Below are positions 8,525-17,844 of a stretch of 46,706 nucleotides of DNA, piece after piece. Position 1 is the first letter of the stretch. The number at the start of each line of letters is the position of its first letter. Location: IMG/VR virus record IMGVR_UViG_3300033153_004756, positions 1 to 46,706 of that record; one strand, given 5' to 3'. Origin of the DNA: a virus. The notes beneath the pieces were generated by a model. The model saw nothing but the letters and a program-made list of their open reading frames with translations. It was not told the origin of the DNA and searched no databases. The position numbers and the translations under genes are program-made.

Positions 8525-9666
8525 TATTTAGCACTCCCTTTCCAAGCGTCGCGACTATCAGCCATCATTTTTTCACGAGCGATAGTCGATACTGAACGCG
8601 TATCTTTAGGTTTAAAATCATTATTTACTTGGTGCTTGAATGCATCGTCAAGTGGATTATGATCGGTATCTGTCGCATCTTCAAGCAACATGTCAAAACG
8701 AGCATTAATGTAGTCTGATGACACAGAATCCATTTGTACATTAGGACATTTAGAACTAACAACTTCTTTACGAAGTGTGTCGGCATCTTTGTTCACAACA
8801 TCAATTTCAGGCACGATTTTACGAGCTGAATCAATCAATGCTGTACGATCTGCAACCATTTTATCCAATGCTTTAGCAGTTGGAATCTTGGTATTAGCAG
8901 CATCAAGTTGAGCTTTTAAAGAATCTTCAGTTTTCTCAGCCTTTTTCTTGGCTAATTCAAATTCATCTTCTTTTTTCTTAGCTTCATCTTCTTTTTTGGA
9001 CGTTTCATTTTCAGCATCAGTCAATTTTGCTTGCAGTTTGCCTACTGCTTGCGCTACTTGACCTTCTACTTCAAAATCAACTCCATCGATGGTGATTTTA
9101 GCCATTGGCTTATCTCCTTTTTGGGGTAAATTATCAGCCACTCGGCAAGCAGAGCCAGCGCGACCTCTTTCAACTAGGGCAATATGATTGCCCCTGATAT
9201 TTCTCTGAATAGCGTCATAAGTTTCGCCACTCGGAGCAACTCCTGATACCCATTCTATATCAGCCACGTAGCCATTCGAAAGTTCAACTTTTCCGCTTTC
9301 AACTTTTTTAATGGCACAAGCATCGTGTATATATAGAAAGGTAGACGCAAAATCACCATCACGGACTACTTCATGCCCCGCATGGCCAACGGCAAGATTT
9401 TTTGCGTTTTTAACTGTTACTAATTCAGACGGATGATCATCTGTGATAGGTTTATTTGTGAATGAATTCAATGAATCATCAGAAAATACTTCTTCTTCAG
9501 GACGAAAAACTTTGATGATGTCATTCGGATTACGATCTTCAAGACCCATTTCCGACGCAAGATAATTTTGAATACCTGTACGGGATATACGCGCAGGAAC
9601 TTTCAGGAAACCCTCGTCAGTATATTCTCTTTTAGTATTTATTTGGAGCCGATCTTTCAGAAACAT
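8524..9666 (-). CDS. prohead scaffold/protease-like protein (DUF2213-like)
   Basis: A 380-aa product. The N-terminal segment EGFLKVPARISRTGIQNY..ITDDHP resembles DUF2213. The middle is a Lys/Glu coiled coil typical of scaffolds. Confidence 0.6.
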   Translation of the reverse strand: MFLKDRLQINTKREYTDEGFLKVPARISRTGIQNYLASEMGLEDRNPNDIIKVFRPEEEVFSDDSLNSFTNKPITDDHPSELVTVKNAKNLAVGHAGHEVVRDGDFASTFLYIHDACAIKKVESGKVELSNGYVADIEWVSGVAPSGETYDAIQRNIRGNHIALVERGRAGSACRVADNLPQKGDKPMAKITIDGVDFEVEGQVAQAVGKLQAKLTDAENETSKKEDEAKKKEDEFELAKKKAEKTEDSLKAQLDAANTKIPTAKALDKMVADRTALIDSARKIVPEIDVVNKDADTLRKEVVSSKCPNVQMDSVSSDYINARFDMLLEDATDTDHNPLDDAFKHQVNNDFKPKDTRSVSTIAREKMMADSRDAWKGSAK

Positions 9667-9691
9667 TCAGGGAATCCTTAAGGTTTGAAAA

Positions 9692-9720
9692 ATTATAACA
9701 TACGGAAATTTTTTTGTCAA
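9692..9720 (-). promoter_or_regulatory. promoter P7 (TTGACA-N17-TATAAT, TGt) inside the structural arm, upstream of the scaffold-capsid genes
   Basis: The minus strand reads cTTGACAcTTGACAaaaaaatttccgtatgTTATAAT, with a second tandem TTGACA at 9727-9722. It lies 26 nt upstream of the ATG at 9666. Confidence 0.7.
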
Positions 9721-9742
9721 GTGTCAAGTAAGCATTCATTAA

Positions 9743-9767
9743 CTGAAAAGGCTATATTTTCAGTAGT
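9743..9767 (-). terminator. hairpin immediately after the MuF-like gene stop
   Basis: The minus strand reads ACTGAAAA-tatagcc-TTTTCAGT, an 8-bp stem with no clear U-tract. It lies directly upstream of promoter P7. Confidence 0.35.
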
Positions 9768-10565
9768 CTAAATTTTAATAATGGGTTCAGCTATACAACG
9801 GCAATTTATGTCAGTTCCCGGATGGCCTGTAGCCTTTGGCGGATTATTCCATTTGAAAATTTTTCCATTGTTAGCTTTGTGTTCATCACGTACCCTTTCA
9901 TCACCAGAAGTACGCCATTTATATTCCTCTATTCCTAAATTTTGTTGTCTTTGTTGCGATAAAGCTGAATTTAATTTTGAAGATTGATCACGAGCGATAA
10001 GCCTAGCGCGTTTTTCAGTTGTTTTATTGATCTTCATGATCTCTTTTATCATGGAACCGGGAGCATTGCCTTGAGTCGTACCCGTAAAAACTATTGTTTC
10101 GATTTTTTTAAAGTACTCTTCCGGTATTGATTTTATTAAAGCGACATTTTCACGGGTAGTGGCTACTAATATATCTTCTAGGCCTTCGTTTTGTATTACG
10201 CTTCTGAGATCAACGCCCACCGCTGTATTCATGGCTGAATAAAATCTCTGTTTATTAGCGTTGTTGGCGTTCTCAACAAAGGAATTAGCTACAATTTTTG
10301 CGTTGACGTTAATGCCAACATATGCCTGTCTTAAATTATCGAAAGCATCTGATAATGACTGAGCATAACCATCATTAATATATTCAGATTTGAATTGACG
10401 CAATAAAGGAATGATGTCAACCTTAACACCATTCCTCAATTTTCTTGTTAATATTATTAATTTTTTCTTATATCTAGACTCCGGAGTTCTAGGTGTCTTC
10501 ACCCCCATTACTTTTTTCTTTCTCTTCTTTGATTTCAGGGTTGTTGATATCGGTATCAGGCTCAT
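9768..10565 (-). CDS. head morphogenesis protein (SPP1 gp7 / Mu F family)
   Basis: The C-terminal signature is WRTSGDERVRDEHKANNGKIF...HPGTDINCRCIAEPI. The start is uncertain: the ATG at 10565 overlaps the portal gene by 77 nt, and an alternative ATG lies at 10508. Confidence 0.7.
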   Translation of the reverse strand: MSLIPISTTLKSKKRKKKVMGVKTPRTPESRYKKKLIILTRKLRNGVKVDIIPLLRQFKSEYINDGYAQSLSDAFDNLRQAYVGINVNAKIVANSFVENANNANKQRFYSAMNTAVGVDLRSVIQNEGLEDILVATTRENVALIKSIPEEYFKKIETIVFTGTTQGNAPGSMIKEIMKINKTTEKRARLIARDQSSKLNSALSQQRQQNLGIEEYKWRTSGDERVRDEHKANNGKIFKWNNPPKATGHPGTDINCRCIAEPIIKI

Positions 10566-11907
10566 CTTCTAAGTCCTCTAATTCTTCAAGTTCTTCAAGT
10601 TCTTCAATGTGATCATCCGTGATGTTAGTGTAGGTTGATTTTTGTTTTAGTTCTTTAGCAATCGTTGATTCCGTCACTATATCTCTGTCTAAATAGATAG
10701 CATCACGTTGAGCATCGACTAGATTAGCATCTGCGATTTCTTTAGGAGTCATCTGGAATAAAGAATTAAATTCGTATGAGAGATCAGCGTCATCACCGAT
10801 TCCTAAATGTTTTGCCATTATGTTGTCAAATACGTCTAATTTAGGCTTATAATCCTTCTTTTGATCAGAACGTAACTTATCATAATAATTCTTCAGATCA
10901 CCGATTCCAGTTGCGTTAAGTCCACTAGCGGAATCACCAAATAATCGTGTTCTAGGAATATCAGAAGCTCCTGATAATAAACCACTGTAACGGTCTATCA
11001 AATCTGGCAATCCTGCGAAAGTATTAGTCTTATTTTCATATGTTTCTTCAGTATCAAGTAATAGCATATTATTAAAACTTTTCATAACTCCTGCTAAGGC
11101 AAATCTTTTTCTCAACAATGCCTCACCATCTGCAGTCTGCAAATATGTCATCAAGCCTTTCACTTTCATGATATCCACATTAGTTTCATATACCATGCTC
11201 GCCGCACCGTCAGTGACAGTGTTCAAATTTGTGATCGATTCATACAGTCTATCTAACACTGAATCTGAATAATAATTATTGCGTCTAAATTCATCGAACG
11301 GTAATAAAACGCCATCAAATCTTATGACTCGTGAATGATGAATTTTAACAGTGGTTTCGTTAATTCTGTAAAATTCAGGCATACCAAAATTAGCGTTCAT
11401 TGGATCTTGAACAGGCACGGTCTCCGCGTGTGACATTCGATGTCTATCGATAACTTTGATATGTCGTAATGAACCTTCTTTCAATCGATTAACATCTAAT
11501 GGTTCGTGCGGCTCTTTACCATCTTCAACGGATATGATTATAAAAGCTGTTCCATATAATCTAGCCCATTTGTGTGCTTGCCTAAAAGCATCGGCAAGAG
11601 CCAGACGATCTTCTTCTTCAATTAGTTTCTTAACCATATCAGGGTCAATGTCACCAGTAAAAGATCTCCATTCACGAGTCATATCATCCGGGATAACATC
11701 AACAACTTTACCGGACAGCCAATCAGTGCGATAAAGCGCGTTAAGTTCATCCTGATTCCCTTCACCAGATAAACGTTTATTATTAACGAATCTAGAGGAA
11801 TGCCGTTTATCAGCGGCAGTACCTAATTCAGCGACTAAATTTTCCATCCCATCTTTGAGTTTAGTTTCTTCGTCAGTTAGTATTCTAGCCACTGGAGCAT
11901 TATTCAT
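10489..11907 (-). CDS. portal protein (DUF1073-like)
   Basis: A 472-aa product. The segment YRTDWLSGKVVDVIPDDMTREW is typical of DUF1073 portals. It has an acidic EELEELEELEDLEDE tail and precedes the MuF-like gene. Confidence 0.75.
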   Translation of the reverse strand: MNNAPVARILTDEETKLKDGMENLVAELGTAADKRHSSRFVNNKRLSGEGNQDELNALYRTDWLSGKVVDVIPDDMTREWRSFTGDIDPDMVKKLIEEEDRLALADAFRQAHKWARLYGTAFIIISVEDGKEPHEPLDVNRLKEGSLRHIKVIDRHRMSHAETVPVQDPMNANFGMPEFYRINETTVKIHHSRVIRFDGVLLPFDEFRRNNYYSDSVLDRLYESITNLNTVTDGAASMVYETNVDIMKVKGLMTYLQTADGEALLRKRFALAGVMKSFNNMLLLDTEETYENKTNTFAGLPDLIDRYSGLLSGASDIPRTRLFGDSASGLNATGIGDLKNYYDKLRSDQKKDYKPKLDVFDNIMAKHLGIGDDADLSYEFNSLFQMTPKEIADANLVDAQRDAIYLDRDIVTESTIAKELKQKSTYTNITDDHIEELEELEELEDLEDEPDTDINNPEIKEEKEKSNGGEDT

Positions 11908-11911
11908 CTTA

Positions 11912-12253
11912 TCAATCCTTAGTTATGTCTTGCGACAACTTATAAGAGCCGCTTGCGAAGGTAATCTTTTCACTGTTAACATCGGTGGCTTGCACGTCAT
12001 AATAATAATCGCCTACATCGGCTGTTCCCGGTGGAGTGAATCCAATACGACCATCCGTTCCATCAGTGATCAAAGCACCTGTAATTTGAAATAAGTTGTT
12101 AGTGTTGTCAATAGGAGCTTTTTCTGGATCGACTGTTAATAAAAATAATGACCATGAAGAAATATCAATAATAGCTCCATCTTCGTCTTTAATCACGAAA
12201 ATTATACGCCTAGTATCCCCACGTTTTCTTTTAATATTTAATGTTGTAGCCAT
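11912..12253 (-). CDS. small beta-rich structural protein (putative)
   Basis: The ATG at 12253 overlaps the upstream stop (TAATG) and has GGAGG 10 nt upstream. The TTG at 12262 in the track is less likely. The product is 113 aa and beta-strand rich. Confidence 0.5.
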   Translation of the reverse strand: MATTLNIKRKRGDTRRIIFVIKDEDGAIIDISSWSLFLLTVDPEKAPIDNTNNLFQITGALITDGTDGRIGFTPPGTADVGDYYYDVQATDVNSEKITFASGSYKLSQDITKD

Positions 12254-12489
12254 TAGGTGCAAACCTCCACGGTTAATTCTGGTTCTAATATTGCTTCTAA
12301 ATCAGATTCTATCTCAGCAACCAATTCTGGTTCTAATTCAACTTCTAAATCGGCCACAAGCTCAACCTTTAATTCAGCAAAGACCTGTACGGTCTTGGTT
12401 CCGGCATCTAAGTTATTTAGATGATCTCGATGTGTGTTTCCTTGCGGCAAAGTACTAGCCGCTAATATTAATTCTCTGACAGTTGGCAT
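12253..12489 (-). CDS. acidic repeat protein (hypothetical)
   Basis: A 78-aa product. Its C-terminal half is a repetitive acidic pattern, ELKVELVADLEVELEPELVAEIESDLEAILEPELTVE. Confidence 0.45.
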   Translation of the reverse strand: MPTVRELILAASTLPQGNTHRDHLNNLDAGTKTVQVFAELKVELVADLEVELEPELVAEIESDLEAILEPELTVEVCT

Positions 12490-13601
12490 TACGTTATCGA
12501 ATCCAAGTATATCTCTGATTCAAGAGTCGATATATTAACATTTGTACCATTTGAATTATCGATCACTTTTATTCCGCCACTGGCAACTATATTTCCCGCA
12601 ACACAAGAAGAATCTATAGTTAATGTCCCGTTTGAGCCATGAAAATGAAGGTTATCTTCTGCGTGATCCATATTGACAACTATTACTTCTCCACTGCTTC
12701 TATGAATGCCGATAACACTAGGTTGTCCGCTATTCATGTCCAATGTCCATGGCAACCCGGCGACAGCAGGGGCTACGCGACTAATAATAACGCTTGCATT
12801 CGGCGCTACTGTTAATGTCCCTGCGGCAGAAATAGTAAGGAATACTCCAGAAAGCTCACTCACATTCACAAGGGCACACTCACTTACATTTATTGTGCCG
12901 ATATAATTCCCGGTAAGCGTCATTCGTTCTAAAGTGGTTTTATCCATGTTTTGACCATTAAAGTCAAGCCTAGGATTACCTTCACCGTGGATTTGGAAAT
13001 TTTTAATTTGTCTATCTACAACAGCGTCAGCAAGCAATATCATCCTATGCAAATTGCTTGCTTCCATGTAGTCCACAGCATCGGTAAAATTATTATATGG
13101 TGTTTGCTGATATCCATTACCGGGGTCAATTTGTTCAGTATCAATATGAACTTGTCTTTCCGCCTGACCATGGATTTCTTTTAATAACAGATCTTGAGTT
13201 CCTGTTAATCCACTTCCTGACGTTACTTTTGTAACTAAACTTGATACAACTTGTTCAGTTAACACTTGATAAGTGCCTACTGTAAAAGTGAAAATCGATG
13301 ATCCATCGGTTGAAAAAATATCGCCATTCAAAATAAACCTGTGATCAGCTTCATAAGGTCTTATTTTCCAAGCGGCATCAAGAAAATATATATCTCCGGC
13401 GGCATCGCCGCCGACAGTTGGTTGACCGCCGATAACAGAAATTGGTGGTCTGAATTTATTTAAAAGAGAATCAGAACGCCAATCTTCTTTCATATCTGAA
13501 TATAGATCCGCTTGAACATCAGCAAAAACTTCTCCCCCAACAGGGAGAGAAGTCATCTGGATGATCTTATTGATCGGATCAAAGGTAGCTTTACTACCCA
13601 T
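12489..13601 (-). CDS. beta-helix spike/fibre-like protein, paralogous N-terminus with 13881..15506
   Basis: A 370-aa product. The N-terminal motif LYSDMKEDWRSDSLLNKFRPPI matches FYSFLKEEWRADSALNKFRFPL of the 541-aa protein at 13 of 22 positions. Downstream short repetitive strands are typical of a parallel beta-helix. Confidence 0.5.
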   Translation of the reverse strand: MGSKATFDPINKIIQMTSLPVGGEVFADVQADLYSDMKEDWRSDSLLNKFRPPISVIGGQPTVGGDAAGDIYFLDAAWKIRPYEADHRFILNGDIFSTDGSSIFTFTVGTYQVLTEQVVSSLVTKVTSGSGLTGTQDLLLKEIHGQAERQVHIDTEQIDPGNGYQQTPYNNFTDAVDYMEASNLHRMILLADAVVDRQIKNFQIHGEGNPRLDFNGQNMDKTTLERMTLTGNYIGTINVSECALVNVSELSGVFLTISAAGTLTVAPNASVIISRVAPAVAGLPWTLDMNSGQPSVIGIHRSSGEVIVVNMDHAEDNLHFHGSNGTLTIDSSCVAGNIVASGGIKVIDNSNGTNVNISTLESEIYLDSIT

Positions 13602-13869
13602 TTAACAACTCCGGTACTTTTTCTGTTAATAATTCATTCCATTGTTCTTCAAGTGACTTATTAAGAAAAACAATGTTCCATCCTGACTCATCAACGTCCC
13701 AAGTCACTTGATATCCCATCCAACCTCTAAATCTTGGTTGTTCTTCAAATGACTTTTTAAATCCTGTAGGGAGTTTAGGATATTTAACTGTCTCAGCTGA
13801 ATCATTATCCTTAGTATCAGAATATGTCTTAATTCTTCTTAATAAATATCTAATGTTGCGTCTATTCAT
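13594..13869 (-). CDS. hypothetical protein
   Basis: A 91-aa ORF, tightly packed with an 8-nt overlap downstream. Confidence 0.45.
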   Translation of the reverse strand: MNRRNIRYLLRRIKTYSDTKDNDSAETVKYPKLPTGFKKSFEEQPRFRGWMGYQVTWDVDESGWNIVFLNKSLEEQWNELLTEKVPELLNG

Positions 13870-13880
13870 AGATCACCCGA

Positions 13881-15506
13881 TTATGGATTTAAGTAGTTAA
13901 GTTCATCATTCGCTGTTACATTGAATGTTAGGCCTGTTGCTTCTGTTATAGTACCTGTTGCTTCAACCCATTGTGCCCCATCTTCACCTAAAGCAACTAT
14001 AGTAATCGGAGCATCGTCACCTGCAGAAGCCGCGCCACGTTGAACATTATTAGTGTAATCATAATCAAATGCAATTGCAGTGCTTGTGATTACGTCAGTG
14101 ATTGGTGATGCACTGTTATCATCAACTATGATAGCTGTTGAGGTGTCAAAATCACGGCCAGTATTATCGCCTGCATCGTCATTAGTAAAATACATGGTGT
14201 ATTTCGTTGTTCCTGCATTGGCTACTTCAGCATCTCTTAAATTTTGGGAAAAATTCATTGTTCCTGCTGATACAAATGGAAAATTCAATAAACTCGCTGT
14301 TGTGGGAACATATTCAGGATCAAGTATAGCCCCCGCCGCGATAGGATACATGTTTAAATCATTTTTATCGTTGGTATTATATCCATCAACAAAAACACCA
14401 AAATCCATTTCAAGCTTTCCGGCATTAACTGTGGTCAATAATCGAGCAACATTGCCATTTACAGTACCAAATGTGGTAGTAGTTGTATCAGCATTGATAT
14501 CAGAAGCCAATGACAGTTGGTACTGCGCCCAAGAATGGATTTCCTTTATTCTCGCTGCTGTTGCACCAATATCTTCAGCGTCAACGATTCGGTTGAATGC
14601 GTAATAATTAGCGCCAACTTGTCTTTCACCTTCGAACGTGGTAAATGTAGCTGTTCCCGCGCCGCCCATTGTTCCTAAATCGTTGATATCAGTGGCATCG
14701 ACATTTCCTGCGCCAGTACAGCGATACCAACGTCCTGCTAAATCCTGGATTATTTCATTAAGCACATAAGAACCGACTTGAGCCGTCGCATATGTTGTGC
14801 CTTGAATATAATCGACTGATAATTCAGAATAGGTAACGCCAGAAACAGATCCAGTACCGGTAACACCAACTGTATTGTAATTATCTACGGCATCGACATC
14901 GACACTCGACGATAATGGTAATCTATACGCTTGGTATGTTAATGCCGATAGACCCTGTTCAGTTAATATGTTATATTCTGCATATCTATCTTGATCGGCT
15001 CGTAAGAAAGCTTTAAAATAACCAGTGTTATCAGGAGTACCACCTGTGCCTTTAATCTGGATATTCTCATTTAATTCCCCGGGCTTGTCAAAAGCATTAG
15101 ATGACTGATCTAGTCCTGCGACATTAGTGTAATACGCAGAAACACTCGCGTCATAGAAAGCACCGAGAGATATGATACAGGCGTTTTCTCTGCCATCTGT
15201 TTCTTTAAACCCTGCGTCGCGGATTAGATCACGCGTTTGATCATCTGCAGGTGTCCATCCATTAATCCATAAAAATTGTGCTTCATAGATCATTTGTAAC
15301 GGAAATCTAAATTTGTTTAACGCCGAATCTGCTCTCCATTCTTCTTTCAAGAACGAATAAAAAGCTTTGCCAGTAACACCTGATGTTGCGCCAGTTGGTG
15401 TGTCTACTAGATTTCCTGCTACTAAAAGTTGGATTGTTTTAGCACCAGTATCTATGACCACCTCGGTGGCTTGATTCAGGTCATCTGGATCAATAAGTTT
15501 TGCCAT
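13881..15506 (-). CDS. fibre/spike-like structural protein (putative)
   Basis: A 541-aa product rich in Thr/Gly/Ala/Asn/Asp. It shares the N-terminal motif with 12489..13601. Confidence 0.5.
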   Translation of the reverse strand: MAKLIDPDDLNQATEVVIDTGAKTIQLLVAGNLVDTPTGATSGVTGKAFYSFLKEEWRADSALNKFRFPLQMIYEAQFLWINGWTPADDQTRDLIRDAGFKETDGRENACIISLGAFYDASVSAYYTNVAGLDQSSNAFDKPGELNENIQIKGTGGTPDNTGYFKAFLRADQDRYAEYNILTEQGLSALTYQAYRLPLSSSVDVDAVDNYNTVGVTGTGSVSGVTYSELSVDYIQGTTYATAQVGSYVLNEIIQDLAGRWYRCTGAGNVDATDINDLGTMGGAGTATFTTFEGERQVGANYYAFNRIVDAEDIGATAARIKEIHSWAQYQLSLASDINADTTTTTFGTVNGNVARLLTTVNAGKLEMDFGVFVDGYNTNDKNDLNMYPIAAGAILDPEYVPTTASLLNFPFVSAGTMNFSQNLRDAEVANAGTTKYTMYFTNDDAGDNTGRDFDTSTAIIVDDNSASPITDVITSTAIAFDYDYTNNVQRGAASAGDDAPITIVALGEDGAQWVEATGTITEATGLTFNVTANDELNYLNP

Positions 15507-15517
15507 TTCATTTTCTC

Positions 15518-17122
15518 CTAAGGATTTTCAAAATTGCCATCTACGAAAGTTTGGATTTTAATACTTGAATCTGTTGTTGGCAGTGTCAGATCATGTATAT
15601 CTGATAAATTGGGGTCTATCAAATCATCGATTATTAGAATATCCACAGTTTCACCGCCTGCATGAGGGTATGTGATATCCACGCCTGTGGATATTGAATC
15701 TTGTAGAATATTTCTAGTTGAACTGTTCACAATAGTAACTCTTGCTCCACTTGGAACATCGGTCAATGTTAATGTGTAACCTACTTGGATAGTAACTGTT
15801 CCCGCCCCGGTATTATGTGCCGTAGGAGCGTCTGCACCTGTAGCCACATTTATGACCAATGCTGATCCGGTATCAGTATAGTTAACCTTAATCACTTCGT
15901 TTCCGGTAGATCCATCCACAGCGGCAAAATTAGAAGTGTTGAACGTATTGTCCCATGTCAAAGTGGTTGATGATGAAATAGTGCCTAAATTTATGGCATA
16001 TCCCGTTCCATCACCCTCAAAATAATTATCTGTGACGAGCGATAAATCATCTACAGTGATCAATGCTTCAGTAGTTACGTTAACACTACCACTGAAAGTA
16101 TTGTTAGTTATGGTTGCTCCTGATTGTGTTATTACTTCAGAAGTCAACACAGTGTTATTGTCAAAAGTTACACCACTAGTAAATGTTATACTTGCAAGAT
16201 TAGTAAATACAGAATAATCTAATGTTAAACTGCCAGATGTTCCAGTTACATTTACTATAGCTCTTGTATCTTCTACAGCGGTAGATCCTAGACTTTTCCA
16301 ATCTTTATTAGATATGGATATGGCAGTAGAAGCATTTTGTAAATCAAATGCTAATCCACTCCATCCTGCCGCGAAAAGACCATCAGCGAAAATAACACCA
16401 ACTCTAGTGGTGTCCGTTATAGTAGTGGCGGTAGCACTGGCCATTGTCCATGTGCCAAATGCTTGGTATACGCCATCTGCCAATACTGTTGCATAACCAA
16501 ATCTATTAGTTGATGTGCCTTCATCATAATTCACAAAATCTACCAATGCTACGCCTGTACCATCAAGTGTTAATCCTGTGCCTAGATCAAGAGCATCAAG
16601 ACCAATATTTTCGGCTTTGGCCGAAGCACTGGCAAAAGCGCCAACTAAAGCATAATAATCGCCACTCGCTAAAGCAGGTGATCCACTAGTTGAATTTCGA
16701 TATGCTACAATGTTGGGATCAATAGGCACGAGAATAAAACCGCCTTTAGCAGGATATTCCTGTAACGCGGGGATTTTAGCAGAAGAGCCTGCTACCACGT
16801 AATCATGATAAGCGCCAGACCCAGATCCAATGCGAACCCTCATACCATTGGTAGCTTGTAATCCACCAAAATCAGTGCAATTGACTTTACACATGAATGT
16901 ACGGGTGGCATCGGCTGTCATATCGTCAGTACTTGCATTCTCATATTGAAACCCTGCGCCAGTAGATGATGTCACCTTTCTATAGATGATGCCTGTGCCT
17001 TGATAGAAGAACGCCGCCGGATTATCTGTTGACTCCGCACCCGCACCGCCACCGATAGAACTAATGCCTGTGTTACTGAAGACATCGCCCCTAACTCTGG
17101 TATTATTAGCTGTTACAGTCAA
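15518..17122 (-). CDS. beta-helix spike-like structural protein (putative)
   Basis: A 534-aa product. The TTG start at 17122 overlaps the stop of the upstream small ORF (TTGA). It has repetitive segments such as NNTVLTSEVITQSGATITNNTFSGSVNV that suggest a right-handed beta-helix. Confidence 0.5.
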   Translation of the reverse strand: MTVTANNTRVRGDVFSNTGISSIGGGAGAESTDNPAAFFYQGTGIIYRKVTSSTGAGFQYENASTDDMTADATRTFMCKVNCTDFGGLQATNGMRVRIGSGSGAYHDYVVAGSSAKIPALQEYPAKGGFILVPIDPNIVAYRNSTSGSPALASGDYYALVGAFASASAKAENIGLDALDLGTGLTLDGTGVALVDFVNYDEGTSTNRFGYATVLADGVYQAFGTWTMASATATTITDTTRVGVIFADGLFAAGWSGLAFDLQNASTAISISNKDWKSLGSTAVEDTRAIVNVTGTSGSLTLDYSVFTNLASITFTSGVTFDNNTVLTSEVITQSGATITNNTFSGSVNVTTEALITVDDLSLVTDNYFEGDGTGYAINLGTISSSTTLTWDNTFNTSNFAAVDGSTGNEVIKVNYTDTGSALVINVATGADAPTAHNTGAGTVTIQVGYTLTLTDVPSGARVTIVNSSTRNILQDSISTGVDITYPHAGGETVDILIIDDLIDPNLSDIHDLTLPTTDSSIKIQTFVDGNFENP

Positions 17123-17292
17123 CCTTTTGTCCTTTGAGGTTCATCAACCGACATTTGTTTATCAAACACTTCATCATAGATAGAGTATAAATGACAGGAT
17201 CGGCATTGATTAAGCCATTTGTAAGCATCGACTTGGATAGCTTCATTTTCAAAATTTTCACTATCACAGTATGGACAATGATTATTCATCAT
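17119..17292 (-). CDS. small zinc-ribbon protein (57 aa)
   Basis: My own translation is MMNNHCPYCDSENFENEAIQVDAYKWLNQCRSCHLYSIYDEVFDKQMSVDEPQRTKG, with a CxxC...CxxC pattern. It has ATGA and TTGA overlaps with its neighbours. It is below the ORF-track size cutoff. Confidence 0.45.
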   Translation of the reverse strand: MMNNHCPYCDSENFENEAIQVDAYKWLNQCRSCHLYSIYDEVFDKQMSVDEPQRTKG

Positions 17293-17453
17293 ATGTTCAC
17301 AATTTCAGTCGAATCGACAACAATTGATTGTAGCGCTTGAGCATCACCAACACGAGCCATCTGAAAAGCTTGCGCCGGGGCTTCTACTTTTTCAAAAAAA
17401 CCATTGATAATGCCAATATACATTTCAGTGTTTACTACTTTTAATACGTACAT
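17289..17453 (-). CDS. hypothetical small protein (54 aa)
   Basis: My own translation is MYVLKVVNTEMYIGIINGFFEKVEAPAQAFQMARVGDAQALQSIVVDSTEIVNI. It is preceded by AACTTAGGGGAATTATC-ATG. Confidence 0.4.
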   Translation of the reverse strand: MYVLKVVNTEMYIGIINGFFEKVEAPAQAFQMARVGDAQALQSIVVDSTEIVNI

Positions 17454-17463
17454 GATAATTCCC

Positions 17464-17835
17464 CTAAGTTGTTCCTGTTCGTTCTCTCATGAATGTAACG
17501 TGTTGATATTGTACAGAACCTTGTTCCGTATCATCCCAACTTTTTTGGTCTTCTTCTGCCCAATACCTAGCGTCAGCATTACTTTCAGCATCGACGACAA
17601 TGTTTCTTCTAAATCGTACAACAACTTCATATCTATTTAAGATGTGATTACCATCTTCACTAACACCTGAATTTTCAATCAATAACTTAGCACCCTGAGA
17701 GGATATTTTTTCAGCATCCTCCATTTGAGTTACGTCTTCCTCAGCCAATGCTTTAGCATGGGATGCATTTTGAGCATCAAGAATGATCTTTCTTTTCTGT
17801 TGTATTCGAACTGAATATCTGTTTAACCATCCCAT
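17464..17835 (-). CDS. hypothetical protein
   Basis: A 123-aa ORF directly after the large terminase gene. Confidence 0.5.
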   Translation of the reverse strand: MGWLNRYSVRIQQKRKIILDAQNASHAKALAEEDVTQMEDAEKISSQGAKLLIENSGVSEDGNHILNRYEVVVRFRRNIVVDAESNADARYWAEEDQKSWDDTEQGSVQYQHVTFMRERTGTT

Positions 17836-17844
17836 AACAATCTC

